Assembly (NCBI GenBank): GCA_030425185.1
Contig: JAUIAU010000011.1
Location: forward strand, 114 to 64,113
DNA from: Alphaproteobacteria bacterium
Lineage (GTDB): Bacteria; Pseudomonadota; Alphaproteobacteria; Rhodobacterales; Rhodobacteraceae
Length of the DNA: 64,000 nucleotides
Reading direction: 5' to 3'
Position numbers and translations under genes: made by a program. The notes under the pieces were generated by a model, which saw nothing but the letters and a program-made list of their open reading frames with translations, was not told where the DNA came from and ran no database searches. Position 1 is the stretch's first letter. Every line of letters begins with the position of its first letter. Of this stretch, positions 46,203-59,767 are shown piece by piece.

Positions 46203-46864
46203 AAGTCGAGGTCCGCGTAATGCGGCGGTTGCGGCAGCCCCGGCAGCACGTCCGCGAGGATCGAGCGGAACGCGGGCCGCGACTTGATCTTGGCGTACCA
46301 GTCCTTGACCGTCGCCGAGCGGTTCCAGTCCACGTCGCGGATGTAGTCGAGGCACGAGAAATGCGCCGCCGCCGCGAAATCGGCCAGCGTCATCACGTCG
46401 CCCGCCAGCCAGCGCCGCCGCTCGAGCAGCGACTCCATGTAATCGATGTGGAACTTGATGTTCTGCGCCCCGGCCTTGACCGCCCGGCTGTCGGGATAGC
46501 CCTTGCCGGTCAGGCGCGTATTGACCCGTTCGTACACGAGGTTCGCGGTGACCTCGTGGTGGAACTTGTCGTCGAACCAGCCGACCAGCCGCCGCACCTC
46601 GTAGGCGGCCTCCGGGTCCGACGGGATCAACTGCGGCTCCGGCACGATCGCGTCGAGGTATTCGCAGATCGCGCCGCTCTCGGTCAGGAACCGCCCGTCA
46701 TAGCGCAGAACCGGCACCTGTCCGGCCGGGTTGCGGCGGAGGAATTCCGTCTGCTTTTCCCAGTACCGCTCCTCCTGCAGTTCCACCTCGATCCGCTTCT
46801 CGGCCAGGACCAGCCGCACCTTGCGGCAGAACGGGGAGAGGGCGACATGGTAGAGACGGTTCAT
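46199..46864 (-). CDS. Glutathione S-transferase family protein (FzlA-like)
   Basis: [46 protein letters not shown]; gene context as for fzlA. Confidence 0.85.
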   Translation of the reverse strand: MNRLYHVALSPFCRKVRLVLAEKRIEVELQEERYWEKQTEFLRRNPAGQVPVLRYDGRFLTESGAICEYLDAIVPEPQLIPSDPEAAYEVRRLVGWFDDKFHHEVTANLVYERVNTRLTGKGYPDSRAVKAGAQNIKFHIDYMESLLERRRWLAGDVMTLADFAAAAHFSCLDYIRDVDWNRSATVKDWYAKIKSRPAFRSILADVLPGLPQPPHYADLDF

Positions 46865-46927
46865 CGTGCGATCCTGCGCGGGGTCCCTCGTTCTTGCCGC
46901 GTCCGGCTGCCGCGTGCAACGGGGCAA

Positions 46928-47739
46928 TCAGCCTTCGACGCAGGCCGCGCGGCCCTCTGCCTGAAGTGTACGCGCCCCGTCCGCCACGGCGGCAGCGCGC
47001 TGCTGCAGAAAGGCGGTCGGCGCAGTGATCCGGCGCTCCTTCGGGTTCGGCAGCACGACCGCCATCGCGGCGGCCCGCCACAACACGAGGTCCGCCGCCG
47101 ACCGGCCCCAGGCCGCCTGCGCGGCCGCCTCCGCCCCGAAGACACCTTCACCGAACTCGGCGACGTTCAGGTAGACCTCGAGGATCCGCCGCTTGGGCCA
47201 GAGAACCTCGACGAGAACCGTCAGGCCAGCCTCGATCCCCTTCCGCACCCAGCTGCGGTCCTGCCAGAGGAAGACGTTCTTCACCACCTGCTGGCTGAGG
47301 GTCGAGGCGCCCCGGCTCGCGCCGCTGTCCAGCACCGCCCGGATCGCGGCCAGGTCGAAGCCCCAGTGGTCGCAGAACTTGGCGTCCTCCGCGGCCAGCA
47401 CCGCCCGGCGCAGATCCTCGCTGATCTCCTCCAGCGGCACCCAGACCTGCGCGACCTCGCCGAGGCGCGCGCGCTCGGCCGCGACATAGGGGGTCCACGG
47501 CGGGTTCACCCAGCGCAGAACGAGGACCGTCAGCACCATCAGCGCAACCGCCCCGAGCATGGCCTGCCCGGTCCGGCGCAACACGACCCGCGTCCCCGGC
47601 CAGCGCAGGCGCGGACCGAGCCGGTCGTGCAGCCGGTCGAGTAATGCGCGGAACCGCTCCACCTGCCCCTCACCCCCGGAAACGAGAACGGGCGGCGTTG
47701 TCGTGCCGCCCGTCTCATGGTTCGCAACAGCGCCCGGCG

Positions 47740-47743
<4 letters not shown>
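46928..47743 (-). CDS. mtgA: Monofunctional peptidoglycan transglycosylase
   Basis: AAEDAKFCDHWGFD, GASTLSQQVVKN, RKGIE, ILEVYLNVAEFG GT51 motifs; start uncertain. Confidence 0.92.
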
Positions 47744-52278
<4,535 letters not shown>

Positions 52279-52340
52279 GTCTCTCTCCTTCCCGAAGAGT
52301 CCCCGGTGTCCGGGGCACTTGTCCCTTCCGCCGCGATCCG

Positions 52341-52357
52341 GGTCAGCGGGGCTGACC
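52341..52357. promoter_or_regulatory. Palindromic operator GGTCAG-N5-CTGACC upstream of gltB
   Basis: GGTCAGCGGGGCTGACC, perfect 6-bp arms, ~63 bp upstream of the gltB ATG. Confidence 0.5.
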
Positions 52358-52405
52358 AATGGGGGACGCGGCGGTGTCGCTGCCCGGCAATTTGCTGCGG
52401 TGCAG

Positions 52406-52446
52406 TACCGACGTGATACCGACGTGATACCGACGTCCTGCCGACG
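52406..52446 (+). repeat. 11-bp tandem repeat TACCGACGTGA x2.8 plus degenerate CCGACG
   Basis: Units at 52406-52416, 52417-52427, 52428-52436; extra CCGACG at 52441. Confidence 0.9.
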
Positions 52447-52457
52447 CCGGTTTCACC

Positions 52458-53891
52458 TTATTCTGCGGCCACGACCGCGTTTTTCTGCAGCGCAGCGAGG
52501 ATGGCCTCGGCCGCCTCGCGCCCGTCGCGGATCGCCCAGACCACAAGGCTCGCGCCGCGCACGATATCCCCGGCCGCGTAGACCCCCGGCAGGTTCGTCT
52601 CGTGGGTGCGGAAATTGGCCTTGATGGTGCCCCAGCGGGTCACTTCCAGCTCGGGCACGCCCCAGAGGCTCGGCAGCGGCTCGGGCTCGAAGCCCAGCGC
52701 CTTGATCACCAGGTCGGCGGGCTCGACGTAGTCGGCACCGGGGATTTCCTCCGGCATCTGCCGCCCGGTCGCGTCCGGTTCGCCCAGCTTCATGCGCTGG
52801 ACATGGACGCCGTCGACCGGATCGCCCGAAAAGCCCTTTGGCGCCGAAAGCCAGACGAATTCCACGCCCTCTTCCTCGGCGTTCTGCACCTCGCGCTGGC
52901 TGCCCGGCATGTTGGCCCGGTCCCGGCGATACAGGCATTTGACGCTGGTCGCGCCCTGCCGGATCGCGGTGCGCACGCAGTCCATCGCGGTGTCGCCGCC
53001 GCCGATGACGACGACGCGCTTGCCCTCGGCGTTCAGTTCCCCGGAGGTGAATTCCGGCACATCGTCGCCGAAGCCGACCCGGTTCGAGGCGGTCAGGTAG
53101 TCGATCGCCCGCACGATGCCGGCCGCCCCCGCGCCCGGCCCGCCGAGGTCGCGCGACTTGTAGACCCCGGTCGCGATGACCACGAAGTCATGCTTGGCGC
53201 GCAGGTCGGCGAACGAGATATCCTCGCCCACGCTGCAGTTCAGCTGCATCGCGACGCCGCCCGCTTCCAGCTGCGCCATGCGGGCCATCACCACGTCCTT
53301 CTCCAGCTTGAAGCCGGGGATGCCGTAGGTCAGCAGGCCGCCGCCACGGTCATAGCGGTCGTAGACGGTGACCTGCAGACCGGCGCGGCGCAGCATGTCG
53401 GCCGCCGCCAGCCCGCCCGGACCGGCGCCGATGATGCCGACGCTCTCGGGCCGCTCGACCGACGGGGTGATCGGCTTGACCCAGCCCTCCTCCCAGGCGG
53501 TGTCGGTGATGTATTTCTCGACCGAGCCGATGGTGACCGTGCCGTGGCCAGACTGCTCGATCACGCAGTTGCCCTCGCACAGCCGGTCCTGCGGGCAGAT
53601 GCGGCCGCAGATCTCGGGGAAGGTGTTGGTGGCCTGGCTGATCTCGTAGGCTTCCTGCAGCCGCCCCTCGGCGGTCAGCTTCAGCCAGTCCGGGATGTTG
53701 TTGTGCAGCGGGCAGTGCGACTGGCAGTAGGGCACGCCACACTGGCTGCACCGCCCGGCCTGCTCGGCCGCCTTCTCGCGGGCATACTCCGCGTAGATTT
53801 CCTGGAAGTCCTTTGAGCGCGCCTCGGCCGCCCGCTTCTCGGGCATCTCCTTGGCCACCGTCACGAACCTGAGCATCTTCTGCGTCGCCAT
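52458..53891 (-). CDS. gltD: Glutamate synthase small subunit
   Basis: CSQCGVPYCQSHCP, GRICPQDRLCEGNC, IGAGPGG, IGGGDTAMDC, AGDIVRGASLVV. Confidence 0.97.
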   Translation of the reverse strand: MATQKMLRFVTVAKEMPEKRAAEARSKDFQEIYAEYAREKAAEQAGRCSQCGVPYCQSHCPLHNNIPDWLKLTAEGRLQEAYEISQATNTFPEICGRICPQDRLCEGNCVIEQSGHGTVTIGSVEKYITDTAWEEGWVKPITPSVERPESVGIIGAGPGGLAAADMLRRAGLQVTVYDRYDRGGGLLTYGIPGFKLEKDVVMARMAQLEAGGVAMQLNCSVGEDISFADLRAKHDFVVIATGVYKSRDLGGPGAGAAGIVRAIDYLTASNRVGFGDDVPEFTSGELNAEGKRVVVIGGGDTAMDCVRTAIRQGATSVKCLYRRDRANMPGSQREVQNAEEEGVEFVWLSAPKGFSGDPVDGVHVQRMKLGEPDATGRQMPEEIPGADYVEPADLVIKALGFEPEPLPSLWGVPELEVTRWGTIKANFRTHETNLPGVYAAGDIVRGASLVVWAIRDGREAAEAILAALQKNAVVAAE

Positions 53892-53940
53892 AGCCGCTCC
53901 CAATTTCTGTCGCGTCCATTTACAGTCAGACCAGGTCAAA

Positions 53941-54039
53941 GAAAAGTCAGGCACACTGACCTAAATCAAGTATTCCTCGCGCTCCACCGACCGGCCGCCG
54001 CCGAAATTGTGGATTTTATGTCAATCATACTGACCTTAT
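53941..54039. promoter_or_regulatory. Two GTCA(G/A)-N5-CTGAC palindromes in the gltD/uppP divergent region
   Basis: AAAAGTCAGGCACACTGACCTAAA (core 53946-53960) and TTTTATGTCAATCATACTGACCTT (core 54020-54034). The latter contains TTGACA on the gltD strand. Confidence 0.6.
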
Positions 54040-54104
54040 TGGCGCATTTCCTTTTCACGACGCGGCATTAGGGTCGGCTCAGCGAATCATCAGGCCCCCT
54101 CAGA

Positions 54105-54908
54105 ATGACCCTCTTCCATCTCCTCATGCTGGCCGTGATCCAGGGGATCACGGAATTCCTGCCCATCTCCTCGTCCGGGCACCTTATCCTCTACCCGCTG
54201 CTCACCGGCGCTCCCGACCAGGGGCTCGCCATAGACGTGGCCGTGCATGTCGGCACCCTGGGGGCAGTGATCTTCTACTTCTGGTCCGACGTGTCCCGGG
54301 CCCTGGCCGGACTGCCGAAGCTGTTGCGCTGGCAGATCGACGACCAGGGCGCATGGCTGGCGCTGTGCCTCGTCGTGGCAACGATCCCGGTGGTCTTGGC
54401 CGGTCTCCTTCTCAAGCTGAGCGGGCTCGACGTCATGATGCGTTCGGTCGCGGTGATCGGCTGGACCATGCTGATCTTCGGCATCGTGCTTTGGTGGGCA
54501 GACCAGCAGTTCGACCATGTGCGGACCGCCGAGCAGTGGACGCTGAAGCACGCGATCATCCTCGGCCTCTGGCAGGTCATCGCGCTGATTCCGGGCACCT
54601 CGCGCTCGGGCATCACGATCACCGGCGCGCGGGTTCTGGGTTACAAGCGCGAGGACGCGGCGCGGCTGTCGATGCTGATGTCGATCCCGACCATTCTCGC
54701 GTCCGGGGTCCTGCTCGGGGCCGATGTCGTCGGACAGGCCGATGTCGCGATGCTGCGCGATGGCGTGATCGGGGCGGCCTTCGCCTTTGTCGCGGCCTAT
54801 GTCGCGCTGTCGCTGATGATGCGGTTCCTCAAGGTCTACAGCTACACGCCCTACGTGATCTACCGCGTAATCCTCGGCGCCGTGCTGCTGGTCATCGCCT
54901 ATACCTGA
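54105..54908 (+). CDS. uppP: Undecaprenyl-diphosphate phosphatase
   Basis: QGITEFLPISSSGH, HVGTLGAV, PGTSRSGITI motifs. Confidence 0.96.
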   Translation: MTLFHLLMLAVIQGITEFLPISSSGHLILYPLLTGAPDQGLAIDVAVHVGTLGAVIFYFWSDVSRALAGLPKLLRWQIDDQGAWLALCLVVATIPVVLAGLLLKLSGLDVMMRSVAVIGWTMLIFGIVLWWADQQFDHVRTAEQWTLKHAIILGLWQVIALIPGTSRSGITITGARVLGYKREDAARLSMLMSIPTILASGVLLGADVVGQADVAMLRDGVIGAAFAFVAAYVALSLMMRFLKVYSYTPYVIYRVILGAVLLVIAYT

Positions 54909-54975
54909 ACGGACAAGGACCCGGAGCGCGATGTCGCGCCCCGGGCCCCGTTGGTCTGTCGGCTGGCCGAGCCCC

Positions 54976-55959
54976 TCAGGCGCGCAGGTTCTTGGCCGAG
55001 TCGGTGATGTCGTCGTATTGCCCGGTCGGACGGAACCGCCAGAGGTAGGACGACAGGACCGAGTCGAGGGCGGTGGGCTCGATCCCGAGATCGGCGAAGG
55101 TCCGGGTCGTTCCCGTCACCACGTTGTCCCGCTTGAGGTTGCGCACCTGGTCACGGGTCAGGATGCCGTTGTGGAACAGGCCGAGGGTGACCGCCTGGGC
55201 CATGTCGAGCACGAAGCCCATCAGGCCCGCGATCGGGAACGGCACGCCGAGGATCAGCCGGCGGCGGCGGATCACGGCCAGCATCTGCTGCATCAGCGCG
55301 CGGAAGCTCTTCACCTCCGGCCCGCCCAGCTCGTAGATGCCCGGCGCGGCCTCGCCCAGCACACCCTTCACGGCGGCGGCGGCGACGTCTTCGACGTAGA
55401 CCGGCTGGAACTTCGTCGCGCCACCGACGACCGGCAGGATCGGCCCGAAGCGCGCCATGCTGGCGAACCGGTTGAAGAAGCCGTCCTCCGCACCGAACAC
55501 GATGGAGGGCCGCAGGATCACGGCATCCGGCATGTGACGCAGAACCTCGGCCTCGCCCAGCGCCTTGGTCCGGGCATAGTCGCTGGCCGACGCGGCATCC
55601 GCGCCGATCGCCGAGACATGGACCATCCGGGCGATGCCTTTCTCGGCGGCGATGCGGGCAATACGGGCGGCACCCTGAAGCTGCACCGGCTCGAAGGTGT
55701 TCTTGCCCTCGGGCGCGAGGATGCCGACGCAGTTGACCACGGCATCGGCCCCGTCCATCGCGGCCGCCACCGAGCCATCGTCCCGGATGTTGCAGAGAAC
55801 CGGCTCGACCTGCCCCACCACACCATAGGGACGGACGAACAGGGCTTCGTTCGGGCGACGCACGGCAACCCGGACACGCCACCCGGCCTGGGCCATCCGA
55901 CGTGCGATATAGCGGCCGACAAAGCCCGATCCGCCGTAGATCGTGACGAGGTTCGACAT
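54976..55959 (-). CDS. Complex I NDUFA9 subunit family / NAD-dependent epimerase
   Basis: [42 protein letters not shown]. Confidence 0.9.
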   Translation of the reverse strand: MSNLVTIYGGSGFVGRYIARRMAQAGWRVRVAVRRPNEALFVRPYGVVGQVEPVLCNIRDDGSVAAAMDGADAVVNCVGILAPEGKNTFEPVQLQGAARIARIAAEKGIARMVHVSAIGADAASASDYARTKALGEAEVLRHMPDAVILRPSIVFGAEDGFFNRFASMARFGPILPVVGGATKFQPVYVEDVAAAAVKGVLGEAAPGIYELGGPEVKSFRALMQQMLAVIRRRRLILGVPFPIAGLMGFVLDMAQAVTLGLFHNGILTRDQVRNLKRDNVVTGTTRTFADLGIEPTALDSVLSSYLWRFRPTGQYDDITDSAKNLRA

Positions 55960-56065
55960 GGCTGGCTCCTCCGTCTGGGGTCTTGCCGGGGATACCGGCA
56001 CGGCCCTCGCCGGGCAAGGCGCAAACACGTCGCGGGCAGGCGGAAAGAAAGCCGATTTATTGCCG

Positions 56066-56094
56066 TTGACACCCCCCGCAGCCCCGATTAAACC
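56066..56094 (+). promoter_or_regulatory. Sigma70-type promoter for tRNA-Leu
   Basis: TTGACA (56066-56071), 17-bp spacer, TAAACC (56089-56094), 17 bp before the tRNA. Confidence 0.65.
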
Positions 56095-56111
56095 CCGCGC
56101 TCACGACACCG

Positions 56112-56198
56112 GCCCAGGTGGCGGAATTGGTAGACGCGCTGGTTTCAGGTACCAGTGGCCGAAAGGTCGTGGAGGTTCGAGTCCTCTCCTGGGCACCA
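56112..56198 (+). tRNA. tRNA-Leu (anticodon CAG)
   Basis: Acceptor GCCCAGG/CCTGGGC-ACCA, D-loop GGAATTGGTAGAC, anticodon stem CTGGT/ACCAG with loop TTCAGGT, long variable arm, GGTTCGAGTCC T-arm. Confidence 0.98.
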
Positions 56199-56240
56199 TT
56201 CCCGAGCCACCCCCGGAGGGATCGAGACTTGGGAGGTTCC

Positions 56241-56852
56241 GTGACCCACACCCTGCACCATCGCGACCTTCCGGACGGGCTCGACCTCGGCCCGGTCGTT
56301 GCCATCGACACCGAAACCATGGGGCTGAACCCGCACCGCGACCGGCTGTGCGTGGTGCAGCTGTCGTCCGGCGACGGAACCGCCCATCTCGTCCAGATCG
56401 AGAAGGGGCAGACCGAGGCCCCGAACCTGTGTCGCATGCTGACCGATCCGGCGGTCCTCAAGCTGTTCCACTACGGGCGCTTCGACATCGCGGTGCTTCT
56501 CAAGGCCTTCGGCGTGCTGACCGCGCCGGTCTACTGCACCAAGATCGCCTCGAAACTGGTCCGGACCTACACCGACCGCCACGGGCTGAAGGTGCTTCTG
56601 CAGGAGGTGCTCGACGTAGACATCTCGAAGCAGCAGCAGTCCAGTGACTGGGGCGCGGCCAAGCTGACCCCGGCGCAGGTGGAGTATGCAGCCTCCGACG
56701 TGCTGTACCTGCACCGGCTGCGCGAAGCACTCGACGGCATGCTGGCGCGCGAGGACCGGACCGCCGTGGCCGCGTCGTGCTTCGCGTTCCTGCCGACGCG
56801 GGCCAAGCTGGACCTGATGGGCTGGCCCGACCTCGACATCTTCTCGCATTGA
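56241..56852 (+). CDS. Ribonuclease D-like 3'-5' exonuclease (DEDDy)
   Basis: AIDTETMGL, FHYGRFD, CTKIASKL, YAASDVLYL; GTG start after GGGAGG SD. Confidence 0.9.
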   Translation: MTHTLHHRDLPDGLDLGPVVAIDTETMGLNPHRDRLCVVQLSSGDGTAHLVQIEKGQTEAPNLCRMLTDPAVLKLFHYGRFDIAVLLKAFGVLTAPVYCTKIASKLVRTYTDRHGLKVLLQEVLDVDISKQQQSSDWGAAKLTPAQVEYAASDVLYLHRLREALDGMLAREDRTAVAASCFAFLPTRAKLDLMGWPDLDIFSH

Positions 56853-56866
56853 CGGGTCACCCGGAC

Positions 56867-57832
56867 ATGGTCGATCCCGCCAGCCTTCTGTCCACTGCGC
56901 GCCGGGTGATCGGCACCGAGGCGGCCGCGCTGGGTCAGCTGGCGGCGGCGCTGGACGACAGCTTCGTTCGGACGGTCGAGGCGATTCTTGCCTCGAAGGG
57001 TCGCGTCATCGTTTCGGGCATGGGAAAGTCGGGACATATCGCGCGCAAGATGGCGGCAACGCTGTCCTCGACCGGAACGCCTGCGCATTTCGTGCACCCG
57101 GCCGAGGCCAGCCACGGCGACCTCGGCATGATGCGTCCCGGCGATGTCGTGGTCGTTCTGTCGAACTCCGGCGAGACGCCGGAACTGGCCGATGTCATCG
57201 CCTACACGCGTCGGTTCAAGATCACCCTGATCGGCGTCGCCAGCCGGCCCGACAGCACGCTGCTGCGGCAGGCGGATGTGGCGCTGGTCCTTCCGAACGC
57301 CGAGGAAGCCTGCGGCGAGGGAATCGTGCCGACCACGTCGACCACGATGACGCTGGCCCTCGGGGATGCGCTGGCCATCGCCCTGATGGAGCACCGCCGG
57401 TTCAGCCCGGACGATTTCCGCGACTTCCACCCGGGCGGCAAGCTCGGCGCGCGACTCAGCAAGGTCGGGGACCTGATGCATGGCGGCGACGAGGTGCCGC
57501 TGATCCCGGTGAGCACTCCGATGACCGAGGCGCTCCTGGTGATCTCGAAGAAGGGCTTCGGCGTCGTCGGCGTGACCGAGGACGGCAAGCTGGTGGGCAT
57601 CATCACCGACGGCGACTTGCGCCGGCACATGGACGGCCTGCTCGGCCGGACGGCGGGCGCGGTGATGACGCGCGGCCCCAAGACGATCCGTCCCGAGGCG
57701 CTGGCCGCCGAGGCGCTGGCCATCATGAACGAGCGGAAGATCACCTCGCTCTTCGTGCAGGATCCCGGCCCCGAGGCGCGGCCGCTCGGCATCCTGCACA
57801 TTCACGACTGCCTGCGCGCCGGGGTCGCCTGA
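56867..57832 (+). CDS. kdsD: Arabinose 5-phosphate isomerase (KpsF/GutQ family, SIS plus CBS domains)
   Basis: GMGKSGHIARK, HPAEASHGDLG, SNSGETPE, PTTSTT, FHPGGKLG, ITDGDLRR. Confidence 0.93.
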   Translation: MVDPASLLSTARRVIGTEAAALGQLAAALDDSFVRTVEAILASKGRVIVSGMGKSGHIARKMAATLSSTGTPAHFVHPAEASHGDLGMMRPGDVVVVLSNSGETPELADVIAYTRRFKITLIGVASRPDSTLLRQADVALVLPNAEEACGEGIVPTTSTTMTLALGDALAIALMEHRRFSPDDFRDFHPGGKLGARLSKVGDLMHGGDEVPLIPVSTPMTEALLVISKKGFGVVGVTEDGKLVGIITDGDLRRHMDGLLGRTAGAVMTRGPKTIRPEALAAEALAIMNERKITSLFVQDPGPEARPLGILHIHDCLRAGVA

Positions 57833-57835
57833 GCC

Positions 57836-58450
57836 GTGGCGGACAGGTCAGGCCGCTACACGACCTTCGTGACCACGGCAAAGATCGTGCTGCCTCTGGT
57901 GGCGCTCGGCCTGCTGGCGAGCCTGTTCCTGTTCTCGGGCGTGCAGCGCGACATTCGGGAGCTGCCCTATTCCGAAAGCGAAATCGCCGAGATCATCACC
58001 GGCCAACGGCTGAGTGCGCCACAGTACCGCGGAACGCTGGAGAGCGGCGACGTGATCGCGGTGACGGCCGACAGCGCCGCGCCGTCCCCGGAAGACCGGC
58101 AGACGATTCTTGCCGAGACCGTCTCTGCCCGGGTCGATCGCAGCGACGGCGAGACCATCGAGATGACCGCGCCGCGGGGCGGACTGGACCAGACCGCCCG
58201 GACCGCCTTCGCGGAGGGCGGCATCGTGCTGACGACATCCGAAGGCTACGAATTGCGCGCCCCGCGCGGGACCGCCGCCATCGATGGTCTCGATGTCAGC
58301 GCGGAGGGCCTGGTCGTCGTGCTCGGACCGGGGCTGAGGCTGGAAGCCGGCGCGATGCATCTGAGCGGATCCGGACCGGGAACCGAGCAAGTGGTTTTCA
58401 CGGGCGGGATAAAACTGCTATATCGCCCGCGGGATGCCGACCGGCCCTGA
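57836..58450 (+). CDS. lptC: LPS export protein LptC-like
   Basis: N-terminal TM (KIVLPLVALGLLASLFL) followed by a beta-jellyroll pattern; lies between kdsD and lptA. Confidence 0.75.
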   Translation: MADRSGRYTTFVTTAKIVLPLVALGLLASLFLFSGVQRDIRELPYSESEIAEIITGQRLSAPQYRGTLESGDVIAVTADSAAPSPEDRQTILAETVSARVDRSDGETIEMTAPRGGLDQTARTAFAEGGIVLTTSEGYELRAPRGTAAIDGLDVSAEGLVVVLGPGLRLEAGAMHLSGSGPGTEQVVFTGGIKLLYRPRDADRP

Positions 58451-58484
58451 GGGACGCGGCCAGCCGAGAGAGAGACCTGCGCCG

Positions 58485-58994
58485 ATGCCTTTGCGTTCCC
58501 TGACTGCCCTGTGTCTGGTTCTCTGGTCGGGAGCAGCGCTTGCCCAAGGCACGGCGATCGAACTCGGCACGACCCCGGTCAACCCCGATGCCCCGATCGA
58601 GATCACGGCGGACAGCCTGTCTGTGGACCGGGAAGCCGGGTTCGCGATCTTCACCGGGAACGTGCGCGTCGTGCAGGAGCAGATGACCCTGTCCGCCGAC
58701 GTGATCGAGGTTCGCTATACCGAGGCCGACAAGGCGCAGCCCGGCGAGGAAGGCAGCGTCGACCAGGTCGACGCGAAGGGCAACGTCATCTTCATCAACG
58801 GCGAGGACGTGGCCGAGTCGGACAATGCGGTGCTGACCCCCCGCGACGACCGCGTGGTGATGACCGGGAACGTCCTGCTGACCCAGGGCCCGACCGTGAT
58901 CGCGGGCGAGCGCATGGTCTTCAACCTCGCCACCGGGGAGGGGCGCATGGAAGGACGGGTCCGCGCGGTCTTCCGGCCGGGCGGCTCGGAATGA
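58485..58994 (+). CDS. lptA: LPS transport periplasmic protein LptA
   Basis: Signal peptide; PIEITADSLSVD, FTGNVRVVQ, MTGNVLLTQG. Confidence 0.85.
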   Translation: MPLRSLTALCLVLWSGAALAQGTAIELGTTPVNPDAPIEITADSLSVDREAGFAIFTGNVRVVQEQMTLSADVIEVRYTEADKAQPGEEGSVDQVDAKGNVIFINGEDVAESDNAVLTPRDDRVVMTGNVLLTQGPTVIAGERMVFNLATGEGRMEGRVRAVFRPGGSE

Positions 58995-59749
58995 GCGGTC
59001 CGCAGCTCAGCCTCGCCGAGACCAAGACAGGGCTGGTCGTCCGAAACCTGCGCAAGAGCTACAAGCGGCGCCCGGTCATCCGCGACGTCTCCATGTACCT
59101 CGCACGCGGCGAGGTGGTCGCGCTGCTGGGGCCGAACGGCTCGGGCAAGACCACCTGCTTCTACTCGATTGCCGGCCTGGTGACCCCCGAAGGCGGCGTA
59201 GTCGAGATCGACGGACGCGACGCCACGCAACTGCCGATGTACCGCCGGGCCCGGCTCGGGATCGGCTATCTCCCGCAGGAGATGTCGATCTTCCGCGGCC
59301 TGTCGGTCGAGGACAACATCGCCGCGATCCTCGAGATCGCCGTGTCCGATCGCAGCGTGCGGCGCGACCGGCTGGAAACCCTTCTGTCGGAATTCTCGAT
59401 CGAGCACTTGCGCCGGGCGCCGGCACTGGCCCTGTCAGGGGGCGAGCGTCGCCGGGTCGAGATTGCCCGCTGCCTCGCGGCCGATCCGAAGTACCTGCTG
59501 CTCGACGAACCGTTCGCGGGCGTCGACCCGATCGCGGTCGGTGAGATTCGCGGGCTGGTCTCGGACCTGAAGACGCGCGGCATCGGCGTTCTGATCACCG
59601 ACCACAACGTCCGCGAGACGCTCGACATCGTGGACCGCGCCTATATCCTGCACGACGGCAAGGTTCTGATGAGCGGCACCACCGACGAGGTGGTGCGCGA
59701 CGAGAACGTGCGGCGGGTCTACCTGGGACAGAACTTCCGGGTATCCTGA
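58991..59749 (+). CDS. lptB: LPS export ABC transporter ATP-binding protein
   Basis: GPNGSGKTT, GYLPQE, LSGGERRR, LLDEPFAGVDP, ITDHNVRET. Confidence 0.96.
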   Translation: MSGPQLSLAETKTGLVVRNLRKSYKRRPVIRDVSMYLARGEVVALLGPNGSGKTTCFYSIAGLVTPEGGVVEIDGRDATQLPMYRRARLGIGYLPQEMSIFRGLSVEDNIAAILEIAVSDRSVRRDRLETLLSEFSIEHLRRAPALALSGGERRRVEIARCLAADPKYLLLDEPFAGVDPIAVGEIRGLVSDLKTRGIGVLITDHNVRETLDIVDRAYILHDGKVLMSGTTDEVVRDENVRRVYLGQNFRVS

Positions 59750-59767
59750 CGCGCGGGGAGGCACGGC

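Noticed and set aside
56112-56240. tRNA-Leu as an island integration site
   Set aside because: No integrase, no duplicated tRNA 3' end seen in the window, and conserved housekeeping genes follow. The ORF-track extension from 56118 merely reads through the tRNA.
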